Assembly: GCA_937873695.1 (NCBI GenBank)
Contig: CALMYL010000015.1
Coordinates: 39,247-103,246, forward strand
DNA length: 64,000 nt
Reading direction: 5' to 3'
Origin: an uncultured Ignavibacteria bacterium
GTDB taxonomy: Bacteria; Bacteroidota; Ignavibacteria; Tepidaquicellales; OLB5
Below are positions 58,279-64,000 of this stretch, one piece after another; position 1 is the stretch's first letter, and each line of letters opens with the position of its first letter. The translations under genes and the position numbers were made by a program. The notes under the pieces are model-generated. The model saw nothing but the letters and a program-made list of their open reading frames with translations. It did not search any database and was not told where the DNA came from.

Positions 58279-59160
58279 CTATTTTGTATGCAATAAACCT
58301 TGCTCATCCAACATTTTACGTAAAATATCTTCAACTCCAAGCATTTTTGCATTCTGAGATATACCAATTTTTAATTTTTCTTTTAGGTCAGGTTCTTTGA
58401 CTTCAGAAATCTGATAGGTTAACATCTTTGTCATTTTTAGATATTTTTGTTTCTGATACCATACATAACCAATGATTATACAAACAATGACTCCGGTTAA
58501 GAGCAGTATCTCGGTTATATTTCTTTGTAAAAATCCCCAGTCTTGTAACTCCGGCTTTAAATCCGATCTATAGCGATTAGCAATTGTTATCATGGCGGAA
58601 TCTACTATAGTATTAATTCCTGATCTAGTTTCCGGACCCAACAATACATTGCGAATCGTAGATAACTTTTGCGAGGTTGTATCATTTAATAATTCATTTC
58701 TCAATTCAGATATTATCAACTTCAATAGTTCTCTGGTATTATAACCAATCAATTCATTGCGAACATTCATTAAATATATTAAGGTTTTGTCTCCCAATAG
58801 CTCATCTCTGATTCTACCCAGTTGTCTTCTCGTAACATCACCGATAATATCGTTCTTGACTTCATTTAACCACTGACGTGTATATTCTCCCAATAACGAA
58901 TCGCGAATTCGTATCATTTCAACATTTGTTGAATTACCTACAATTTTTAACAATGAATCCAGCTTTTGACGCAATTTCACTTGAGAGTCTTCGGTTGTAA
59001 AGCCATCTACTACTCCTAGAATTAAATGCCTCCCAACCGAATCAGCTTTATTTTGCAAACCTTCTCCCAAATCTTCTCCGACACCTTTGAAATTAAAACA
59101 ACTGCTGAACACAACAATTGAAAAAAAGGAAATGATTAAAGATAAGCAAATCCCTTTCAT
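58279..59160 (-). CDS. Hypothetical lipoprotein-like protein with six tandem R(D/N)ELLGxxT repeats and a C-terminal TM helix
   Basis: Signal ending VFSSC; repeats IRDSLLGEYT, KNDIIGDVT, IRDELLGDKT, VRNELIGYNT, LRNELLNDTT, IRNVLLGPET; TM ILLLTGVIVCIIIGYVWY. Confidence 0.45.
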   Translation of the reverse strand: MKGICLSLIISFFSIVVFSSCFNFKGVGEDLGEGLQNKADSVGRHLILGVVDGFTTEDSQVKLRQKLDSLLKIVGNSTNVEMIRIRDSLLGEYTRQWLNEVKNDIIGDVTRRQLGRIRDELLGDKTLIYLMNVRNELIGYNTRELLKLIISELRNELLNDTTSQKLSTIRNVLLGPETRSGINTIVDSAMITIANRYRSDLKPELQDWGFLQRNITEILLLTGVIVCIIIGYVWYQKQKYLKMTKMLTYQISEVKEPDLKEKLKIGISQNAKMLGVEDILRKMLDEQGLLHTK

Positions 59161-60422
59161 TGGATCGCCCTTTCTTTTTTATCAGCATATAGATATGGCT
59201 TATTTCGTAGTTCAGCATTATGAATAGCAAAATCATTGCCAATAATTTTTCCGTTTTGTAAATCAGCTTCCCATTCCTCTGAAATTATTAGTTCATTTTC
59301 GTCATAATAATCAGTTTTTAAGTTAGAATTATTGATTGTCATAATAATATAGCCGTTATGCCCAATCTCGACTTTTTCAACTTCTTTACAAACCCGGTTA
59401 TCGAATAAAACTAGATTGCTTTCACTCGCTTTTTGATGTTTGATTTTAGATACATTCACTAATTCAATAGGCATACCTCCATGACCAAGACATCTGCCAT
59501 AAGCAGTGAGTCCTTCATTTGTTTGGTATTTGCCATAAATAGCCAATCTATGTTCATGACCCCAATACCAAAGTATTGCTCTATCTTTACCTATAATTTC
59601 TGCTAATTGCTCTGCTGGGCGCAGATATTGACTTTCAAATGCAGAACAATATTGATGATGACTCAACAATACAATACCTCGTTTGTCATTTTTTAAATCA
59701 TATTTTGATTTGAGCCAATTGATGAAGGAATTCTCAAGTTTGCAATCAGGTTTAAATCGGGAAATAGGAATATACTCCAAGATAGGCTTTCCTACAGAAT
59801 TATATCCTGTATCCAGTCCGATGATTATCCAATAATCATTGCTTAGGCTCATATAGCTTGCACCCTGCCCGAGTTCACCATGCGCCCCCATCGAAGGTAA
59901 CAAATCTCGAAAATATGAGACACCTCTGGCATACATTTCATGATTTCCCAGTAAAGCAAAGCTGCCTAACGTTCCTCTATACCAGGAACTTCCGGGATTT
60001 ATAAAGTTACTTTTAATCTCGTGAGAGGCTCCCACATAATACGTATCTCCAAGATGTATTGTATAATCCGGCTCATGTGTGGCAATTTGACCCCCAATAA
60101 AATCAGATTCATCAGTATCGTTTGCCCAATCAGCAACAAGAGCTATTTTTGCAGTTCCTTTAAAATTGTACACTCCTTCTGAAGGATTCATTGATGGGTC
60201 ATAAGACTTATAATCAGCTTTCGGTCCAAAACGGCTTTTAATATAGTGTTTAAACCAACCTAAAATATTATTCTCGAAAAAATCCTTAATTTTGTATGAA
60301 GTAGGCTGTTGCGCAGTAGCCACCGCTTTTGCTGCCTGCTGAGTCTTACTGGCTTCTGTTTTGTAATGATTCTCAACAAAAGTTCGACCTAAATTTATAT
60401 ATTTCTCAAAATTTCTTTTCAT
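59157..60422 (-). CDS. Calcineurin-like metallophosphoesterase
   Basis: LVADWAND, HLGDTYY, LLGNHEMY, LLSHHQ and WGHEHR match the five metallophosphoesterase motifs; no signal peptide. Confidence 0.8.
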   Translation of the reverse strand: MKRNFEKYINLGRTFVENHYKTEASKTQQAAKAVATAQQPTSYKIKDFFENNILGWFKHYIKSRFGPKADYKSYDPSMNPSEGVYNFKGTAKIALVADWANDTDESDFIGGQIATHEPDYTIHLGDTYYVGASHEIKSNFINPGSSWYRGTLGSFALLGNHEMYARGVSYFRDLLPSMGAHGELGQGASYMSLSNDYWIIIGLDTGYNSVGKPILEYIPISRFKPDCKLENSFINWLKSKYDLKNDKRGIVLLSHHQYCSAFESQYLRPAEQLAEIIGKDRAILWYWGHEHRLAIYGKYQTNEGLTAYGRCLGHGGMPIELVNVSKIKHQKASESNLVLFDNRVCKEVEKVEIGHNGYIIMTINNSNLKTDYYDENELIISEEWEADLQNGKIIGNDFAIHNAELRNKPYLYADKKERAIQ

Positions 60423-60431
60423 ATCTATTTT

Positions 60432-62120
60432 TTAGTCAATAAATGGGCGGTTATATTTTTCAACAAGTAACTTGCAATTTCTTTCTGTAATCGCAGAAAT
60501 GGTAAACAACGGATTTGTTCCCAATGATGTAGGAATCATTGATCCGTCCATAACATACAATCCCTCGTGAATGCTATGAGCGTCATTACCGGAAAAAGCT
60601 TCACTTCTATGATTGACAACACCATCCCTGCTTGTATCTGCCATTCTAGAGCCTCCCAAGGGATGGACGGTAACTAATGCATTTTTAAATAGTTTTACCC
60701 AGACCGGATCTTGGATATAATTTCCATGAAGAGCTTTAGTGCATTTCAATAACGACTCATTTATTTTTTTAAAAATCTCTTTTTCACCGAGTCCTTCCCA
60801 GCTTATACGAAGTCTGTCGTTCTCAAGGTACATTCTCCCATCACTACCATCGTGTCCCATAGCTAAATAGATTTGTGTTTGATTTACCGCTCCATGATAA
60901 GAGCCGAGCAGTAAGCTTTTTAAGGTTCGATATTTTTCAGCAAAAATATCGCTAAAAGTTTCACGCCCGATTAACATCTTGGCAAATAAAAGTGAAAAAG
61001 GAAGTAAGCGACCTTCTGCCAATGCGACCGGGATAGAGCCTTCTTCTATACAAATACCATCTTGATAATTTTTTACATCATTTCTATTATCGATTAACGT
61101 TGTAATGTTTGGTCCGCAATATGTTGTATCGTTGAGCGAATTTTTAAGATAGCCCAACCCATTAATTTTAGTATTAGTATTATAAGCAATGCCTAAAAAG
61201 TCCGCATTTCCACTAAAACCAAATCCGAGGTTATCTGACAAAGGCAAACCAAAGTTTCTTGATCGCAGTAGAATTTCGGTTGTGCCCAAAGTACCTGCTG
61301 AAATAATCACAATGTCAGCCTGTACGCAAGTTAAGACATCTTCAATATCATCTTGGTTCGTGTTAGTTGGATAATAATATACATTCCATTTATTATTGTC
61401 TTTTTTGATACTGTAGACTTTTACACCGGTAAATATTTGGGCTGAATGATTATATGCGTCAGGTAAATAATTCATTTGAGTTGTGTTCTTAGCCGTTGTA
61501 TTACACCCAGAACAACAATTTCCACAGTTATTGCAAGCCTCCTGCTTAACCCCTGCTTTATTAACTCTATCTGTGAACGTTACATTTAATGGCGCAAAAC
61601 TAACTTCTGCACCTTCAATTGTCGATGCCGACTTAAAATGAGCATTAGCTTTATATAGCTGCTTAATATTAGGATAGGCATTAGGTCCGAACATCTCCCA
61701 AGCTCTTCGATAACCATCTTTCACTCCATTTTCCATATCATCAACAATCTCGGCTGGCCATTGACCGTTTGTAAAAACTTCCTTGTGTGGTTTAAGGACT
61801 ACATTTGCATTAATCAACGATGTTCCTCCAAGTCCACAGCCCACCAGAACGCTTTGTTCATCATTGACCCTAAAATCAAACAAAGCATCATTGTTTCCCT
61901 TTTTTTTGTCGGCAAAATCATATTGAGTTTCTTTACTAGTTGCTTTAAGAGTTTCCGGAAACTCAGTTGGTAAAAATTCCTTGCCTCTTTCCAAAAGACA
62001 AACCTTCATCCCTGCTCGTGCTAATCTTGATGCTGAGATACTTCCACCATAACCTGAGCCAACTATGACAACATCATACGATTTTTTGATCTTATCAATC
62101 GATTGAGAAATTTTTTCCAT
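60432..62120 (-). CDS. GMC-family FAD oxidoreductase (cholesterol-oxidase-like subgroup)
   Basis: YDVVIVGSGYGGS dinucleotide fold; GCGLGGTSLINANV; CNNCGNCCSGCNTTAKNT; C-terminal HPLGGSRM and GLYVMDGSMIPTSLGTNP. Confidence 0.85.
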   Translation of the reverse strand: MEKISQSIDKIKKSYDVVIVGSGYGGSISASRLARAGMKVCLLERGKEFLPTEFPETLKATSKETQYDFADKKKGNNDALFDFRVNDEQSVLVGCGLGGTSLINANVVLKPHKEVFTNGQWPAEIVDDMENGVKDGYRRAWEMFGPNAYPNIKQLYKANAHFKSASTIEGAEVSFAPLNVTFTDRVNKAGVKQEACNNCGNCCSGCNTTAKNTTQMNYLPDAYNHSAQIFTGVKVYSIKKDNNKWNVYYYPTNTNQDDIEDVLTCVQADIVIISAGTLGTTEILLRSRNFGLPLSDNLGFGFSGNADFLGIAYNTNTKINGLGYLKNSLNDTTYCGPNITTLIDNRNDVKNYQDGICIEEGSIPVALAEGRLLPFSLLFAKMLIGRETFSDIFAEKYRTLKSLLLGSYHGAVNQTQIYLAMGHDGSDGRMYLENDRLRISWEGLGEKEIFKKINESLLKCTKALHGNYIQDPVWVKLFKNALVTVHPLGGSRMADTSRDGVVNHRSEAFSGNDAHSIHEGLYVMDGSMIPTSLGTNPLFTISAITERNCKLLVEKYNRPFID

Positions 62121-62160
62121 ATTGCGAATAGATTATGATTTTAAGTTCACAAATGACATT

Positions 62161-63699
62161 TTAGAGTTCACAGCTTTCCGTAAACAAATTATGAAAGGTC
62201 TTATATTGATTCATTCTATTAAAAATTTCCTTCCATTTATCAAATGATGGGTACAACTCTTGAATACGTTCATTATTCAAGTGATTCCATTGTCCCCAAT
62301 GGGGTCTAGCACCAAGTGGTTTTAGCTCGTCTTCTATTCTGTTAAGTGTTTCAAAGCCAGCTTGCGTATCTAATAAAATCGGTACTTCAATTGTACATTT
62401 AGCCTCACGATTAAACATCGAGAGTAGACCATCACTCTTTGCTACAAAACGAACACCAAGTGGAGAGGAATGACAAAGTTTGCCGAGTTGTCTCTTTTTT
62501 TCAGCAAGGTCCAGTATCGTATCAATTGTTGTAATATGCTTATCACCACGTAAAGAAAGTGCAAATTCTGCGGCATATCCTTTGATAAAGTTAGCTGCGC
62601 CTAAGTTAAGTACATAATAACTTTTATGAGTATACCCGTCTTTGTCAATTAACTGATTCATAGCGATTTGAATCAAAGTTGGAGCATGTTCTGGGAAAGC
62701 TATGAACCACCATCTAAAAATAAATTCTAATGGTTTGGCTATTAGTTCTAAAAACCATTTCCTGCTCCGTTTACCAAGAGGCAAGTGTCCCGGTATTTGT
62801 TGCGGTATATTTCTTCTTGTTATAAGACAGTTATTTTTACCGTTAACCTTATATGGATTAATATAAACTTCAAAATGACGATTACTTTCTAAATAATTTG
62901 GTTCGGTCTCTGAAAATACCACTTCCTCGCATATTAATTTTTTAACATCTTTCCAATCAACTTCATTTAACTTCCCCAATCTCTCTTCTTCCAGGTAATA
63001 ACTGGATCTAACTTCTAAAATGACAGAATATATGACACCCATACAACCCATACTAATTAAGACGGCATTAAAACAATCATCATCCTGAATCAAGTTGTTA
63101 TTAGGATATTGTTCTCTGTACTTTTCCGGATCAGTGATTCCGTTTTGTGGTTCAATCCTATAAATTTGTCCTTTTTCACCTACCAAAACAATAGATTTAA
63201 TGCTTGAAGCAATCGGACCCAATCCAAAGCCGGAACCATGCGTAGAAGTACAGGCGGCGCCAACAATAGTTTGAGCATCATAACTACCCATGTTTATCAA
63301 TGCTTTATTTCTTGAATCTAAATATTCATTTAAGTTTTTTATAGTGATTCCGTTTTCAACTTGCTCCAAGTAAGTTACATCGACATATTCTTTTAATAAT
63401 CTCCTTTCCAGTTCAATTGGTTTATTCATTCTTTTACAGTCGATCAGAAAATCATTCGTCTGTGTAATATTAGTAAAAGAATGACCTGAACCAACAGCTT
63501 TAACCCTGCAATTCTTTATATATGCAAGATGAAGTATCTTGTGAAGCTGTACCAGAGTTCTTGGCTCATAGTAACGCAATGGTTTTACTATTTGATTACC
63601 TACACAATTTTCCCAAGATTTTCTGATACTATAAGGAATCGTACCTTCGATCTTATGTGAAACTTCCGGAATAGATTCCATTGCGTTTAGCATAGACAT
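62161..63699 (-). CDS. FAD-binding PCMH/VAO-type oxidase of the D-arabinono-1,4-lactone / L-gulonolactone oxidase-like family
   Basis: VKAVGSGHSF (flavinylation-type His), GAACTSTHGSG, and a C-terminal ARPHWGQ (HWGK-like) block. Confidence 0.7.
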   Translation of the reverse strand: MSMLNAMESIPEVSHKIEGTIPYSIRKSWENCVGNQIVKPLRYYEPRTLVQLHKILHLAYIKNCRVKAVGSGHSFTNITQTNDFLIDCKRMNKPIELERRLLKEYVDVTYLEQVENGITIKNLNEYLDSRNKALINMGSYDAQTIVGAACTSTHGSGFGLGPIASSIKSIVLVGEKGQIYRIEPQNGITDPEKYREQYPNNNLIQDDDCFNAVLISMGCMGVIYSVILEVRSSYYLEEERLGKLNEVDWKDVKKLICEEVVFSETEPNYLESNRHFEVYINPYKVNGKNNCLITRRNIPQQIPGHLPLGKRSRKWFLELIAKPLEFIFRWWFIAFPEHAPTLIQIAMNQLIDKDGYTHKSYYVLNLGAANFIKGYAAEFALSLRGDKHITTIDTILDLAEKKRQLGKLCHSSPLGVRFVAKSDGLLSMFNREAKCTIEVPILLDTQAGFETLNRIEDELKPLGARPHWGQWNHLNNERIQELYPSFDKWKEIFNRMNQYKTFHNLFTESCEL

Positions 63700-63770
63700 T
63701 TATAATACTTCAAATTCTTTAAGAAATCTGCAAACTGAATTTAAAATTTCCACATTTTAATTTCTTTATT

Positions 63771-63788
63771 TTTGAAAAGCTTTTCAAA
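63771..63788. promoter_or_regulatory. 18-bp perfect palindrome upstream of the cargo operon (candidate operator)
   Basis: tttgaaaagcttttcaaa lies 72 nt upstream of the first operon ATG and 12 nt before a divergent small ORF. Confidence 0.4.
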
Positions 63789-63799
63789 TAATAGGTAGA

Positions 63800-63973
63800 A
63801 TGATTGAACAATCTTACTTCTTAAATGAAGATTTAGAAAAATTACATCTATTGATTATTCTTGATTTGATTGAGGGGATAAAATCGGTTTATATTACAGA
63901 TTTTTCAAATATAAATTTTACAGTTTGTTGCAGAATTTTATCGATATATACCGTAAATTGGGTAGGAATGTGA
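63800..63973 (+). CDS. Possible divergently transcribed 57-aa ORF (below the ORF-track length cut-off)
   Basis: Hand translation: MIEQSYFLNEDLEKLHLLIILDLIEGIKSVYITDFSNINFTVCCRILSIYTVNWVGM*; no motif recognised. Confidence 0.2.
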   Translation: MIEQSYFLNEDLEKLHLLIILDLIEGIKSVYITDFSNINFTVCCRILSIYTVNWVGM

Positions 63974-64000
63974 AGAATATTGCAGATTTTTAAAGATATT

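Larger units (their letters stand above)
53019..64000. mobile_element. Putative integrated genomic island at tRNA-Gln: integrase plus an 8-gene cargo operon; right boundary not found in the window
   Basis: Tyrosine integrase starts 78 nt after the tRNA 3' end; the whole segment looks more AT-rich than the core genes (by eye, not computed); cargo genes are uncharacterised. Confidence 0.45.

Overview
This 64-kb window comes from an AT-leaning bacterial chromosome. Three secreted proteins end in the same NYPNPFNP...-type T9SS C-terminal sorting domain. Together with PFOR and a 2-oxoacid:ferredoxin oxidoreductase, an NrfC/NrfD/multihaem module and Bacteroidetes-style intergenic signals, this suggests an anaerobic or facultative member of the Bacteroidota/Chlorobiota/Ignavibacteriota (FCB) group. 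That taxonomic guess is inference only.

Positions 1-52.7 kb are mostly core genes: LptF/G permease, asnA, uvrA, rpsF-ssb-rplI, korAB, gcvP, rnc-fabF-acpP, tsaC/sua5, nifJ, peroxiredoxin and two tRNAs. Small accessory islets interrupt this stretch:
- a DUF3800 cassette bounded by a 102-bp duplication of the permease gene 3' end
- a membrane-anchored P-loop/TPR (STAND-like) protein
- a class-II-like Fic protein
- hicBA
- a DUF4365 protein next to a DUF2442 gene
- a SET-domain protein

Several families of short structured repeats occupy intergenic DNA: covarying hairpins, a two-hairpin element present twice, and octamer- and heptamer-periodic arrays.

The right-hand 11 kb (53.0-64.0 kb) looks more AT-rich by eye. 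It begins at tRNA-Gln with a tyrosine integrase and carries a tightly packed 8-gene minus-strand operon. The operon encodes two flavoenzymes, a metallophosphoesterase, a repeat lipoprotein, a multi-TM coiled-coil protein, a secreted DRGH nuclease, a small cytoplasmic protein and an outer-membrane-like protein. I cannot assign this gene combination to any described pathway or defence system, so it is my best candidate for an undescribed system. No CRISPR array, rRNA, transposase or reverse transcriptase was seen. All family calls rest on motifs read by eye from the translations; no database search was run.
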